DNA of 64,000 nt from Alphaproteobacteria bacterium UBA998 (GCA_002291925.1 DBAY01000065.1:6646-70645), one strand, 5' to 3'. Positions 31,117-43,337 are shown, counted from the first letter of the stretch. Numbers and translations: made by a program. The notes: generated by a model from the letters alone, not told the origin.

Positions 31117-31960
31117 ATATGTACTGACGCTGTCCTGCCGCGACGTGCGCGGCATCGTGGCCGCCGTGTCCGGCTTCGTGGCAGCCATTGACGGTTTCAT
31201 CATCGAATCCACCCAGTTCGGCGACCCCTCGACGGATGCATTCTTCCTGCGCATGCATTTCGCCGCCGGGCCGCAGACGCCCGACCAGTCGGGCATCGAG
31301 GCGCGCTTTGCCCGCGAGGTCGCGACGCCCTTCGCCATGCGCTGGGCCTTGCATGACAAACACCGCAAGCCGCGCGTGGTGGTGATGGTCTCGAAGTTCG
31401 ACCATTGCCTGCATGACCTGCTTTATCGCTGGCGCTCCGGCTGGTTCCATGTCGAAATCCCGGCCATCATCTCCAACCATGACGATCTGCGCCCGCTCGC
31501 GGAATCCTACGGCATTCCCTACCACTGGTTCCCCATGGAAGGCGACAAGGCCGCGCAGGAGGCCAAGGTGCTGGGCGTCATCGAGGCGATGCACACCGAC
31601 CTCGTCGTGCTGGCGCGCTACATGCAGATTCTCTCCTCCGAACTCTCCGCAAAGCTGCGCGGCAAGGCGATCAACATCCACCATTCCTTCCTGCCCAGCT
31701 TCAAGGGCGCCAAGCCCTACCATCAGGCCCATGCGCGCGGCGTGAAGCTGATCGGCGCCACCGCCCATTACGTGACGGACGACCTCGACGAGGGCCCCAT
31801 CATCGAGCAGGAGGTGGAGCGGGTCGACCACACCTATTCCCCGGAAGAGCTGGTGGCCGTCGGCAATGACATCGAGCGCGTGGTGCTGGCCCGCGCCGTG
31901 AAATACCACTGCGAGCACCGTGTCCTGCTCAACGGCAACAAGACGGTGGTATTTATCTGA
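31091..31960 (+). CDS. purU: Formyltetrahydrofolate deformylase
   Basis: ACT domain; LARYMQIL, INIHHSFLPSFKGAKPY, DLDEGPIIEQ. Confidence 0.97.
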   Translation: MTEPPFAREYVLTLSCRDVRGIVAAVSGFVAAIDGFIIESTQFGDPSTDAFFLRMHFAAGPQTPDQSGIEARFAREVATPFAMRWALHDKHRKPRVVVMVSKFDHCLHDLLYRWRSGWFHVEIPAIISNHDDLRPLAESYGIPYHWFPMEGDKAAQEAKVLGVIEAMHTDLVVLARYMQILSSELSAKLRGKAINIHHSFLPSFKGAKPYHQAHARGVKLIGATAHYVTDDLDEGPIIEQEVERVDHTYSPEELVAVGNDIERVVLARAVKYHCEHRVLLNGNKTVVFI

Positions 31961-32025
31961 TTTCTGCGGGCTGTTTTTTTTCATCGCATCTGCTATAGTC
32001 GATGGGGATTCCACAAGGAGGGACC

Positions 32026-32454
32026 ATGCGTTTCACGGAACGTCACAAGGACGATTACATCCGTACCGTCGAGGTGGTCAGCGTCATCGAGGAGATGCTC
32101 GGCGAGCTGTTTGGCCTCATCCAGCTGGAAACCGGCAGCCGCACGATGCGCGACGGCGTCACCCGCGTGGATTACGTGCTCCATGTGGCCGATTATGAAG
32201 AAGCCCGCCAGCTCTCGCGAGAGTTCCAGTATCGCCATGTCAGCGCGGGTGTGCGCCCGGAGGCCGGGAAATTCGTCCTGCGCGTCAGCAAGAACGATCT
32301 GATGGAAGCCTTTGTGTGGCCCAACGAGCATGTGCATCAGGGCAAATCCGTGCAGACGCTGCTCGAAGAGCGCCTCGCCCAGCGCCGCCGCCGTGGGGCG
32401 GAGGAGGGCTTCCTGCCCGCGCACCTCACCGCCATGCCCGCCACGGCAGCGTAA
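32026..32454 (+). CDS. Hypothetical protein
   Basis: AAGGAGG SD; host-like GC-rich codons. Confidence 0.75.
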   Translation: MRFTERHKDDYIRTVEVVSVIEEMLGELFGLIQLETGSRTMRDGVTRVDYVLHVADYEEARQLSREFQYRHVSAGVRPEAGKFVLRVSKNDLMEAFVWPNEHVHQGKSVQTLLEERLAQRRRRGAEEGFLPAHLTAMPATAA

Positions 32455-32463
32455 GGGCCACCG

Positions 32464-32742
32464 ATGAACCCGATTGCCTTCCTGATTTACCAGGCCATCC
32501 ACCTCTATTTCTACGTGGTGTTCGCGTGGGTGATCCTCAGCATGTTGATCTCGTTCAACATCATCAACCGTTACCAGCCGATTGTGGCGCGCATTTTCGA
32601 GGCGCTGGAACAGCTGGTAGAGCCCGCACTGCGGCCCATCCGCCGCTATGTGCCTCCGGTGGGCGGTTTTGATATCGCGCCGGTGATCCTGTTCCTCGGG
32701 CTACAGTTCATCCAGTATTGCATCGTCTATTTCTCGCACTAG
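32464..32742 (+). CDS. YggT family membrane protein
   Basis: VILSML.SFNIIN...EPALRPIRR..P.GGFDIAP. Confidence 0.92.
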   Translation: MNPIAFLIYQAIHLYFYVVFAWVILSMLISFNIINRYQPIVARIFEALEQLVEPALRPIRRYVPPVGGFDIAPVILFLGLQFIQYCIVYFSH

Positions 32743-32751
32743 GAGGGTCTC

Positions 32752-33321
32752 ATGGAACCTTGGATAATCATTCTCGGCATCGCTGGCTTTCTCATCTTTT
32801 ACCTCATCATCCTCTATAACCGCCTCGTCGCGCTGCGGCAGAATCGCGGCAACGCGTTCTCGGACATCGATGTGCAGCTCAAGCAGCGCCTTGATCTGGT
32901 GCCCAACCTGGTGGAGACGGTGAAGGGATATGCCTCTCATGAGAAAGGAACGCTGGAGGAAGTCACCCGCGCCCGTACGGCGGCCATGAGCGCGGGCTCG
33001 CTCAATGACCGCATCGCCGCCGAGGGAGCGCTAGGTGGAGCCATCGCCGGGCTGTTTGCCGTGGCGGAGAATTATCCGCAGCTGAAGGCCGACTCGAATT
33101 TCCGCCAGCTGCAAACCGAGCTCTCCGACCTGGAGAACAAGATCGCCGCCGCGCGCCGCTTCTTCAACAACGCGACGAACGAGTACAACACGTCCGTGCA
33201 GCAATTCCCGGCCGTGCTGGTGGCGCGCCTATTTGGCTTTGCGCCGCAGGAATCCTTCTTCGAGATCAGCGCCGCCGAGCGTCCGCAGGCCGAGGCCGCG
33301 CCGAAGGTGTCCTTCAGCTAG
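32752..33321 (+). CDS. lemA: LemA family protein
   Basis: YNRLV, IDVQLKQRLDLVPNLVETVKGY, AENYPQLKA. Confidence 0.95.
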   Translation: MEPWIIILGIAGFLIFYLIILYNRLVALRQNRGNAFSDIDVQLKQRLDLVPNLVETVKGYASHEKGTLEEVTRARTAAMSAGSLNDRIAAEGALGGAIAGLFAVAENYPQLKADSNFRQLQTELSDLENKIAAARRFFNNATNEYNTSVQQFPAVLVARLFGFAPQESFFEISAAERPQAEAAPKVSFS

Positions 33322-33324
33322 ACC

Positions 33325-34398
33325 ATGTTTCAGGCCGTCGGACTGCAGACGCAAATCTGGAACAACCAGATCCGCTCCGCCCTGCTGCTGGCAGGGTTTC
33401 CACTATTGCTGGCCATTCTCCTATTCGTTTTCTTCGGTCTTGCAGGGCCCTCATATGACTACCGTGACGGGATGCATTACATTTACTTGTATGCTGAAAA
33501 TCCTCACGAACGCTCATTCTGGGAGTATGGCTTACAGGGGTTAAGGGTGTATGGCCATTGGACACTCGTTGCTGCAGCAATCTGGTTTGCCATTGCCTAC
33601 CTGTTTCATGGTTCCATGATCCGCGCCGCCACCCATGCCCGCCCACTGGAGCGGCGGGAAGCACCGGAGATTTATAACTTGCTTGAGAATCTCTGCATCT
33701 CGCGCGGTGTTACCATGCCAAAACTACAAATCATTGATACGCCTGTACTCAACGCTTTTGCCAGCGGTATTGATAAGAAAAGCTATAGCATCACCCTCAC
33801 GAGCGGTATTGTAAAAACACTTACGCCAGATGAGCTTGAAGCTGTGCTGGCCCATGAGCTGACGCATATAATGAATCGTGACGTGCGCCTGCTCGTGATC
33901 AGTGTCATCTTCGTCGGTATCATCAGCTTTTTGTGTGAGGCCATCTACCATATGATCGCGCGTGGAGGCATTCGCATATCAAATGATCGCAAGGGCGGTG
34001 CGGGGCTGCTCATTGCGCTGCTGGTACTGTTCGTTGGCTATTTCTTCGCCATCGCCATTCGCATGGCTATCTCGCGCTCGCGGGAATATCTAGCGGATGC
34101 GGGGGCAGTGGAGTTGACCAAGAACCCGGATGCGCTCATCCGCGCGCTGAAGAAGATTTCCGGCCGCTCCCAGATGCCAGACGTGCCCGACGAGGTGCGC
34201 CAGATGTTCATCGACAATCACAGCCATGGTTTCCTGAGTGAAATGTTCGCCACCCACCCGCCGATGGAAGACCGCATCGCCGCGCTGGTGATGATGGGCG
34301 GGCGGGATGTGCCGCTTGCGCCGGACGCGCCTTCCGCTAGAGTGGCGGACGCATCCCCCGATGCGCCTGCCGCCACGCCGCGCGGGCCGTGGGGTTGA
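33325..34398 (+). CDS. htpX: M48 family zinc metalloprotease (HtpX-like)
   Basis: NAFASG, AHELTH, SRSREYLAD, THPP; downstream of lemA. Confidence 0.85.
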   Translation: MFQAVGLQTQIWNNQIRSALLLAGFPLLLAILLFVFFGLAGPSYDYRDGMHYIYLYAENPHERSFWEYGLQGLRVYGHWTLVAAAIWFAIAYLFHGSMIRAATHARPLERREAPEIYNLLENLCISRGVTMPKLQIIDTPVLNAFASGIDKKSYSITLTSGIVKTLTPDELEAVLAHELTHIMNRDVRLLVISVIFVGIISFLCEAIYHMIARGGIRISNDRKGGAGLLIALLVLFVGYFFAIAIRMAISRSREYLADAGAVELTKNPDALIRALKKISGRSQMPDVPDEVRQMFIDNHSHGFLSEMFATHPPMEDRIAALVMMGGRDVPLAPDAPSARVADASPDAPAATPRGPWG

Positions 34399-34407
34399 AG
34401 AGTCCGC

Positions 34408-34722
34408 ATGTTTTACCGCCAGCACGTGTTCTGCTGCACCAACAAGCGCCCGGAGGGGCATGAGCGCGGCTGCTGCATCGACCGCGGCGCGGGGCCGATC
34501 CGCGATTACATGAAACAGCGCTGCAAGGAATTGGGCCTGAACGATGTGCGCATCAATGCTTCCGGCTGCCTCGATCGCTGCGAGCTGGGGCCGGTGATGG
34601 TGGTCTATCCCGAGGGAACGTGGTACCGGCCAACGACAAAGGAAGAGGTGGACGAAATCATCCGCGATCACCTGCAGGGCGGGCAGGTGGTGGCGCGTCT
34701 GGCAATTGCGGAGACCGCCTAG
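34408..34722 (+). CDS. Thioredoxin-like [2Fe-2S] ferredoxin
   Basis: HVFCCTN, GCC, GCLDRCELGPVMVVYPEGTWY. Confidence 0.92.
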   Translation: MFYRQHVFCCTNKRPEGHERGCCIDRGAGPIRDYMKQRCKELGLNDVRINASGCLDRCELGPVMVVYPEGTWYRPTTKEEVDEIIRDHLQGGQVVARLAIAETA

Positions 34723-35117
34723 CGGCTAGGGGTGCCCTCTGCCTGCTCAGCGGCGCGCCTGCGTGCCAGCGCCGCAGCACGCGTTCCCTCTGCTACTTCC
34801 GGCGAATGCTCATGCCACATACGCCCAAGCACCTGCCGGGCGAGGGAGCACAACGCCTCGGCAGACACGTCATCCATGCGCTGCTGATGCTTTTGCAGGT
34901 GACCCGCTACATGACGCAGGCTGTAGGTGACCAGCAGCTCCCCGTCTTCACGAGTCATTGGTCCGCGTGAGCGCTGGGCGTGGTCACACAGTTCCTGTCG
35001 TTGGGCGTTACTCAGGCGGGCGAAAGCGCGATGGGCCTCTGCGGCAAAGGGTTTGCTGTCTCGCAACAGGGCCGGTTTCTGTTCCAGTGGAAGCATTGTC
35101 CGTTCTCCTTTGTCCAA
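34719..35117 (-). CDS. Orphan protein ending in RRRAAEQAEGTPSR
   Basis: 132-aa ORF; start may be the downstream ATG (MLPLEQ). Confidence 0.6.
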   Translation of the reverse strand: MDKGERTMLPLEQKPALLRDSKPFAAEAHRAFARLSNAQRQELCDHAQRSRGPMTREDGELLVTYSLRHVAGHLQKHQQRMDDVSAEALCSLARQVLGRMWHEHSPEVAEGTRAAALARRRAAEQAEGTPSR

Positions 35118-35174
35118 CGATGCAGCGTCACGTTAGCGAGGATGAAAACCGGGGAAAAAGAAAAAAACAGGCGA

Positions 35175-35192
35175 CTGTCATGAAGCTGTCGC
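35175..35192 (+). promoter_or_regulatory. Pho-box-like direct repeat CTGTCAT-GAAG-CTGTCGC
   Basis: Close match to CTGTCAT-N4-CTGTCAC, 40 bp upstream of the 35233 start. Confidence 0.6.
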
Positions 35193-35232
35193 AATTCATT
35201 TATAAAAAACCTGCACGCTTCATAAGGTCAAT

Positions 35233-35763
35233 ATGTCCACCCAGCCCACGTCTCGCTCTCGCATCTCTCCCACGGAATTCTTTCGCCAGTTCGAGCGCGA
35301 TCCAAATCTGCTGCCGCGCCTGATGCGCGAATTTCCGGGAGCGACGCGCGCCGAGGCTTTAGCGATGCATTACATCAACAGCACTTCCAATGTGCGCCTT
35401 AGCAGCGTGGCAGATTATGCCCGCCTTTTGCCAGGCGAGCGCGAGCGGTTGCTCAATCCGCTTGGAATGCCAGTGCTTGCTCCGACGCCCCAAGGCAGGG
35501 CGCTGCAATCTTCTATGTTGGGGCACGAGTTTGCGGTGGAATTCATGCAAGCCCTAAAAACAGTTGACCGCCAGCCCGAAGTGCGCCGCAATGTCTGTGC
35601 CATAATCGAGGGCAATCCGCGCTTGCGGGAAGAGCTTGGCGCATTGCGGTTGAGTGACATCTTTATTGGCGGCAGCGCAACGGACACCGTGCAGCGCCAA
35701 TGTGACCGCGTATTGCGGCCCGGCGGTGCGCAAGTGCGCCTGCCGCCCATGCAGCTTCGTTGA
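35233..35763 (+). CDS. Orphan protein
   Basis: 176-aa ORF with AAGG SD; ends RPGGAQVRLPPMQLR. Confidence 0.7.
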   Translation: MSTQPTSRSRISPTEFFRQFERDPNLLPRLMREFPGATRAEALAMHYINSTSNVRLSSVADYARLLPGERERLLNPLGMPVLAPTPQGRALQSSMLGHEFAVEFMQALKTVDRQPEVRRNVCAIIEGNPRLREELGALRLSDIFIGGSATDTVQRQCDRVLRPGGAQVRLPPMQLR

Positions 35764-38580
35764 TTACTCGGCCAGGCTTTTCAGCCGATAAAGTGCGTCC
35801 AGCGCCTCGCGGGGGGTGAGATGATCCGGGTCAAGCGCGCTGATGGCGTCGCGTAGCGCATCTGGCGGGGTTTCGATTGGCATGTCCGGTGTGGATTCTC
35901 TGGCAAAAGCGAACAGCGGAAGGCTTTCGGCGGTCAGTCCAGCCGCCGGGTTGTTGTCCTTATCCTCCAGCGCCTTCAGGATGGATTGCGCGCGGCTGAT
36001 GACCGGCGCGGGAAGCCCCGCCAGCCGCGCCACGTGGATGCCGTAGGAGCGATCCGCCGTGCCGGGCGCCACCTCATGCAGGAAGATGACCTCGCCCTTC
36101 CACTCGCGTACCTTCATGGTATGGCAGGCGAGGGCGGGCAGTGTTTCCGCCAGGTGGGTGAGTTCGTGGTAATGCGTGGCGAACAGCCCCCGGCAGCGGA
36201 TGGTATTGTGCAAATGCTCTGCCACCGCCCATGCGATGGAAAGCCCGTCGAAGGTCGCCGTGCCGCGCCCGATTTCATCGAGAATCACCAGCGAGCGCTC
36301 GGTGGCCTGATGCAGGATGGTGGCGGTCTCCACCATTTCCACCATGAAGGTGGAGCGCCCGCGCGCGAGGTCATCCGCCGCGCCAACGCGCGAGAAAAGG
36401 CGGTCCACGATGCCGATATGGGCCGACTCGGCGGGCACGAAGCCGCCCATCTGCGCGAGGATGGCGATCAGCGCATTCTGGCGCAGGAAGGTGGATTTCC
36501 CCGCCATGTTAGGGCCAGTGAGCAGCCAGAGGCGTGCGTTTCTGTTCCCCCCTTGCGGGGGAGCCAAATCCTGCGCAGCAGGATTTGGTGGGGGGAAAAC
36601 GTCAGCGGTGTCGGAGTTATTCCCCCCACCAAAATCGCTAAGGCGATTTTGACTCCCCCGCAAGGGGGGAGTGGAGGTGCTGCCCAACTCACAATCATTC
36701 CCGATGAACGGCGTGCCGCTTTTGCGCATTATCTGCTCGACGACCGGGTGGCGGCCCTTCACGATGCTGAAAGCACATGAATCATCGATGACGGGGCGGC
36801 AATAGCGCTGCTCCTTCGCCAGCAGAGCAAGCCCGTGGAAGACGTCCAATGCGGCGGCGGCGCGGGCGGCTTCCAGAATGGACTCAGCCTGTGCGCAAAT
36901 TTCCCCCAGCAACGCCTCGAATAGCTCCAGCTCAATCTTGAGGGCGCGGTCGGCGGCCTCGGTGATCTTGCGCTCGATCTCGCCCAACTCGACGGTGGAA
37001 TAGCGCAGCGCGTCCTTCATCGTCTGGCGGTGGATGAAGCTCTCCGGCACCTGTTTCTCGTGGCGGCGGGTGATATCGATGTAATAGCCGAGCACGTTGT
37101 TATGCTTGATTTTCAGCGAGGCGATGCCGGTCTCGCGGGCGTAGCGTGCCTGCATTTCCGCAATCAGGCGGCGTGATTCGTCGCGCAACATGCGGAATTC
37201 ATCGAGCGCTGCGTGATAGCCCGTGGCGATGAAGCCGCCGTCGCGGGCGAGCAGGGGGCAGTCTTCCTTCAGCGCGGCGTTCAGGTGATTCACCAGCACG
37301 GCGTGATCGCTAAGCCCTTCACGCAGCGTGTTCAGCGCATCCGGCAATTGCTCCGCTTCCAGTTCCAGCAGGCCGCGCAGCTTGTTCGCCAGCGTCAGCC
37401 CGGCGGCGATCTGCTGCATGTCGCGCGGGCCGCCGCGCTGCATGAGCAGGCGGTTCAGCGCACGCTCCAGATCCGGCATCTCGCGCAGGCGGTCTTCCAC
37501 GGTGGCGAGCAGCGTGGAGGCGCGCACCAGATAATCCACCGCATCCAGCCGTAAGTGAATCGCCGAGGGCACGGTGAGCGGGTGGCACAGCCAGCGCGTG
37601 AGCAGCCGCGCACCGGCGGCGGTGCGCGTGCGGTCGATGGCGGCGAGCAGGCTGCCCTGACGGCTGCCGGAGAGCGTCTGCGTCAGTTCCAGATTGCGGC
37701 GCGTCGCGGCGTCGATGGCCATGCCAAAGCTGGCGGCCTGACGCTTCGGCGGGTCGAGGCGGGGCAGGCTGTCCTTCTGGGTGAGCAGCACGTAATCGAG
37801 CAGCGCCCCGCAGGCGGATAGCTCGACCGGCGTGAACTCACCCCATGGTTCCGTCGTCTGCACGCGGAAGAATTCCTTGAGCCGCTCGGTGCCGCGCCGC
37901 GCATGCAGGCTGGCATCAGCGATGGGCGTGAGGCGGGCATCCAGCTCCTGCACCACGGCGCGCCAGGCATCCTCGGCCATGGCGGTCTGGCCCATCAGTA
38001 CCTCGCTTGGTTGCAGGCGGGCGAGGTCGGCCAGCGCGCGCTCCGGCGTGGTGTCGGTGACGGCGAACTCTCCGGTGGTGATCTCCATCCACGCCAGCGC
38101 CGCGATGGGGCCGCTGCCCGCCAGACATGCCAGATAATTGGAGCGAGTGGGGGCGAGCAGCCCTTCCTCGGTGATGGTGCCGGGGGTGACGATGCGCACC
38201 ACATCGCGCTTCACCACGGATTTGCTGCCGCGCTTCTTGGCCTCGGCGGGGTCTTCGAGCTGCTCGCAGATGGCGACCTTCACCCCAGCGGCAATCAGGC
38301 GCGAGAGATACATCTCCGAGGAATGCACGGGCACGCCGCACATGGGGATGTCTTCGTTGCCAATCTTGCCGCGCTTGGTGAGCGCAATATCTAGAATGGC
38401 GGCGGCCTGCACAGCGTCTTCGAAGAACAGCTCGTAGAAATCGCCCATGCGGTAAAACAGCAGGTAGTCCTTGTGCCGCTCCTTCAGCGCGAAATACTGC
38501 GCCATGCCAGGGGAGAGAGACGGTTCAACGACACCCTGCGGCGCGGCGTTTTGTGGAGGCTTTTCGCTTGCAATTCTCAT
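35764..38580 (-). CDS. mutS: DNA mismatch repair protein MutS
   Basis: RMGDFYELF, TGPNMAGKSTFLRQ, STFMVEM, DEIGRGT, ATHYHEL. Confidence 0.99.
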   Translation of the reverse strand: MRIASEKPPQNAAPQGVVEPSLSPGMAQYFALKERHKDYLLFYRMGDFYELFFEDAVQAAAILDIALTKRGKIGNEDIPMCGVPVHSSEMYLSRLIAAGVKVAICEQLEDPAEAKKRGSKSVVKRDVVRIVTPGTITEEGLLAPTRSNYLACLAGSGPIAALAWMEITTGEFAVTDTTPERALADLARLQPSEVLMGQTAMAEDAWRAVVQELDARLTPIADASLHARRGTERLKEFFRVQTTEPWGEFTPVELSACGALLDYVLLTQKDSLPRLDPPKRQAASFGMAIDAATRRNLELTQTLSGSRQGSLLAAIDRTRTAAGARLLTRWLCHPLTVPSAIHLRLDAVDYLVRASTLLATVEDRLREMPDLERALNRLLMQRGGPRDMQQIAAGLTLANKLRGLLELEAEQLPDALNTLREGLSDHAVLVNHLNAALKEDCPLLARDGGFIATGYHAALDEFRMLRDESRRLIAEMQARYARETGIASLKIKHNNVLGYYIDITRRHEKQVPESFIHRQTMKDALRYSTVELGEIERKITEAADRALKIELELFEALLGEICAQAESILEAARAAAALDVFHGLALLAKEQRYCRPVIDDSCAFSIVKGRHPVVEQIMRKSGTPFIGNDCELGSTSTPPLRGSQNRLSDFGGGNNSDTADVFPPPNPAAQDLAPPQGGNRNARLWLLTGPNMAGKSTFLRQNALIAILAQMGGFVPAESAHIGIVDRLFSRVGAADDLARGRSTFMVEMVETATILHQATERSLVILDEIGRGTATFDGLSIAWAVAEHLHNTIRCRGLFATHYHELTHLAETLPALACHTMKVREWKGEVIFLHEVAPGTADRSYGIHVARLAGLPAPVISRAQSILKALEDKDNNPAAGLTAESLPLFAFARESTPDMPIETPPDALRDAISALDPDHLTPREALDALYRLKSLAE
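36545..36671. repeat. ~126-bp palindromic element inserted in-frame in mutS
   Basis: TCCCCCCTTGCGGGGGAG...CTCCCCCGCAAGGGGGGA; same family as the mtaB insert. Confidence 0.9.
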
Positions 38581-38681
38581 GGTCGTCGGTATGTTTGGCC
38601 GCCCCGGATGTGCGCGAAATCAATATGTTGCGCTGCACAATCCCGGTTCACGCCCAACAGGATTACAGCGGAGCGCCCAGC

Positions 38682-40994
<2,313 letters not shown>

Positions 40995-40997
40995 AGT

Positions 40998-41029
40998 TGG
41001 TTGCTGGTTTCTGGTTGCTGGTCGCTGGT
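40998..41029 (+). repeat. Tandem heptamer (TGGTNNC) x ~4.5
   Basis: tggttgc tggtttc tggttgc tggtcgc tggt. Confidence 0.65.
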
Positions 41030-41047
41030 GAAAGCGGAGCCCCCTAT

Positions 41048-41144
41048 CCCCCTCCCAGTAGGGGGAGGGTTGGGGAGGGGGCGTAAGGATACGTTTGACT
41101 CCGCTTCCGCCCCCCTCCCAGCCTCCCCCCTACTGGGAGAGGGG
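41048..41144. repeat. Intergenic palindromic element CCCCTCCCAGTAGGGGGAGG...CCTACTGGGAGAGGGG
   Basis: Long imperfect inverted repeat; related copy inside ccsA. Confidence 0.88.
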
Positions 41145-41226
41145 CAAGCCCGTACTCCCCATTGCCTTTTGCGGGAAGAAGCCGTAAGGAAAGCGGGTTC
41201 ATTCGCTTGGCAGGGGAGGCTACCTC

Positions 41227-41934
41227 ATGAAATTACCGCTATCGGTGGCGATGGCCGGGATGGTGTTTGCGGCGTCCGTCTGGATGGCCGGGGCGTTGCG
41301 CGCCGAGTCGGAGGCTGCGCCGGCGGCCAGCAGTGCGCAGGCCGACCCCTTGGAAGCCAAGGCTCCGCCGGTGCCGCGCGAGGAAATCCTCCGTCTGACC
41401 GACAAGGACGTGGTGCTGGGGGACCGCAAAGCCCCGGTGGCGATCTTCGAATATTCCTCGCTCTCCTGCCCGCACTGCGCGCATTTCCACAAGGACATCC
41501 TGCCGGAACTGCAGAAAGATTATATAAATGACGGCAAGGCGGTGCTGGTGATGCGGCAGTTCCCGACCAACAAGCCTGCGCTGGAAGGTGCGATGCTGGT
41601 GCGCTGCCTTTCGCCGGAGCGTGGGGCCAAGTTCGAGCAGGTGCTATTTGAGATGCAGGATCGCTGGGTGTCGATGGACAGCCGCGCCGCGCTGGAGAAA
41701 ATCGCTGCTGTCGGGGGCGTCACGGAAGCCGAGTTCAACGCCTGCCTAGATGACAAGGCCGCCGAAGATGCTCTGCTGAAAGACCTCATGTCCGCCCGCG
41801 ACAATTTGAACGTGGAAGCCACGCCGACCTTCTTCATCGGCAAGGAAAAGATCGACGGCGCGCGCGAGTATGAAGTCTTCGCCAAGGCCATTGACGCCGC
41901 GCTGAACGCCGCCCCCGCGAAGGCGCCGAAGTGA
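41227..41934 (+). CDS. DsbA family thiol:disulfide oxidoreductase
   Basis: Signal peptide, EYSSLSCPHCAHFH, TPTFF. Confidence 0.92.
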   Translation: MKLPLSVAMAGMVFAASVWMAGALRAESEAAPAASSAQADPLEAKAPPVPREEILRLTDKDVVLGDRKAPVAIFEYSSLSCPHCAHFHKDILPELQKDYINDGKAVLVMRQFPTNKPALEGAMLVRCLSPERGAKFEQVLFEMQDRWVSMDSRAALEKIAAVGGVTEAEFNACLDDKAAEDALLKDLMSARDNLNVEATPTFFIGKEKIDGAREYEVFAKAIDAALNAAPAKAPK

Positions 41935-42230
41935 GCGATCCGCGCCGCCCGGAGGATATCCAGGCCGAAGCGGCCCGCCTGCGCGCGGAAGTGGATGGTG
42001 CGAACCGCTCCAACGATGCCCTTGCCGGCAAATCCTCGGCGCTCCGCATCGCCACGGATCTGATGGTGTGCCTCGGCGTCGGCGTGTTTCTCGGCTACTG
42101 GGCGGATCGCTGGCTTGACTCCGCGCCATGGGGCATCCTGCTGGGCATCTGTTTTGGTATGGCGGCAGGGGTTCGCAACGCCATCCGCTCCGCTAAAGCG
42201 ATGGAAAAATCCGAAGAAAACCGCGCGTGA
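41931..42230 (+). CDS. AtpZ/AtpI family ATP synthase accessory protein
   Basis: GVFLGYWADRWLDSAPW; first gene of the F0 cluster. Confidence 0.88.
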   Translation: MSDPRRPEDIQAEAARLRAEVDGANRSNDALAGKSSALRIATDLMVCLGVGVFLGYWADRWLDSAPWGILLGICFGMAAGVRNAIRSAKAMEKSEENRA

Positions 42231-42320
42231 GAGTGATGCATTCCAAGGTGCAATAAAGGCTGGACAAGCCCCCGCGAATCACCTACACAGTACGCCGAAT
42301 TTCAGACGGTTTCTCTCCCG

Positions 42321-43055
42321 ATGGCCGAAGCCCATAGTCCGATGCATCAGTTCGAGGTGCACCCGCTGTTTGAGCTGCCAAAGCTCGGCGGGTACGACAT
42401 CCATTTCACGAACTCCTCCCTTTTCATGGTCGCCTCCGTGGCGGTCATCTACTTGTTCCTCACGCTCGGCATGCGCCAGCGTTCGCTGGTGCCCGGTCAC
42501 TGGCAGTCAATGGTGGAAATGGGCTACGACTTCGTGCACAACACGCTGCGCGACACGGCGGGCGAGGGCTACAAGCCGTTCCTGCCCTTCATGTTCACGC
42601 TGTTCTTCTTTATTCTGACGGCAAACCTGCTGGGCTTGGTGCCGTACTCCTTCACCGTCACCAGCCATATCATCGTCACCTTCGCGCTGGCGGCGCTGGT
42701 GTTCCTCGGCGTCACGGCGGTCGGCTTCTACAAGCATGGCCTGCATTACTTCCACATGTTCCTGCCGTCCGGCGTGCCCTGGCCGCTGGTGCCCATCATG
42801 ATCCCGATCGAGGTGATTTCCTACCTCGCCCGCCCGATTACCCTCTCCATCCGTCTGGCCGCCAACATGACCGCGGGCCACCTGCTGCTGAAGGTTGTGG
42901 CTGGGTTCGTGGTGTCGCTCGGCCTGATGGGCGCGCCGCTGATCCTCGCGCTGGTCGGGCTGATCGGTTTCGAAGTCTTCGTGGCGTTCCTGCAGGCTTA
43001 TATCTTTACGATTCTCACCTGCGTGTACCTGCACGACGCGCTTCACATGCATTAA
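42321..43055 (+). CDS. atpB: ATP synthase F0 subunit a
   Basis: RPITLSIRLAANMTAGH, LQAYIF. Confidence 0.98.
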   Translation: MAEAHSPMHQFEVHPLFELPKLGGYDIHFTNSSLFMVASVAVIYLFLTLGMRQRSLVPGHWQSMVEMGYDFVHNTLRDTAGEGYKPFLPFMFTLFFFILTANLLGLVPYSFTVTSHIIVTFALAALVFLGVTAVGFYKHGLHYFHMFLPSGVPWPLVPIMIPIEVISYLARPITLSIRLAANMTAGHLLLKVVAGFVVSLGLMGAPLILALVGLIGFEVFVAFLQAYIFTILTCVYLHDALHMH

Positions 43056-43085
43056 TCCAACAAACCACCTGAAAGGACTAACACC

Positions 43086-43307
43086 ATGGACGCAGAATCC
43101 GCAAAACTCCTCGCCGCCGGCCTGATGGGCTTCGGCATTCTCGGCTCCGCCATCGGCGTGGGCATGATCTTCAACGCCTTCCTGCAAGGCGTGGCCCGCA
43201 ACCCGGCCGCCGCTCCCAAGCTGTTCACCAACGCCCTCATCGGTGCGGCGCTGGCGGAAGGTCTGGGCGTCATGGCGTTCGCCGTCGCCGCTGCCAACCT
43301 GTTCTAA
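43086..43307 (+). CDS. atpE: ATP synthase F0 subunit c
   Basis: GSAIGVG, ARNP, ALAE. Confidence 0.97.
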   Translation: MDAESAKLLAAGLMGFGILGSAIGVGMIFNAFLQGVARNPAAAPKLFTNALIGAALAEGLGVMAFAVAAANLF

Positions 43308-43337
43308 TCGTCAACCACCCATTTACGGGGAACGCGC

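Noticed and set aside
41001-41531. 176-aa ORF upstream of and overlapping the dsbA-like gene
   Set aside because: Its first part is translated heptamer repeat plus palindromic element; the rest overlaps the real gene out of frame
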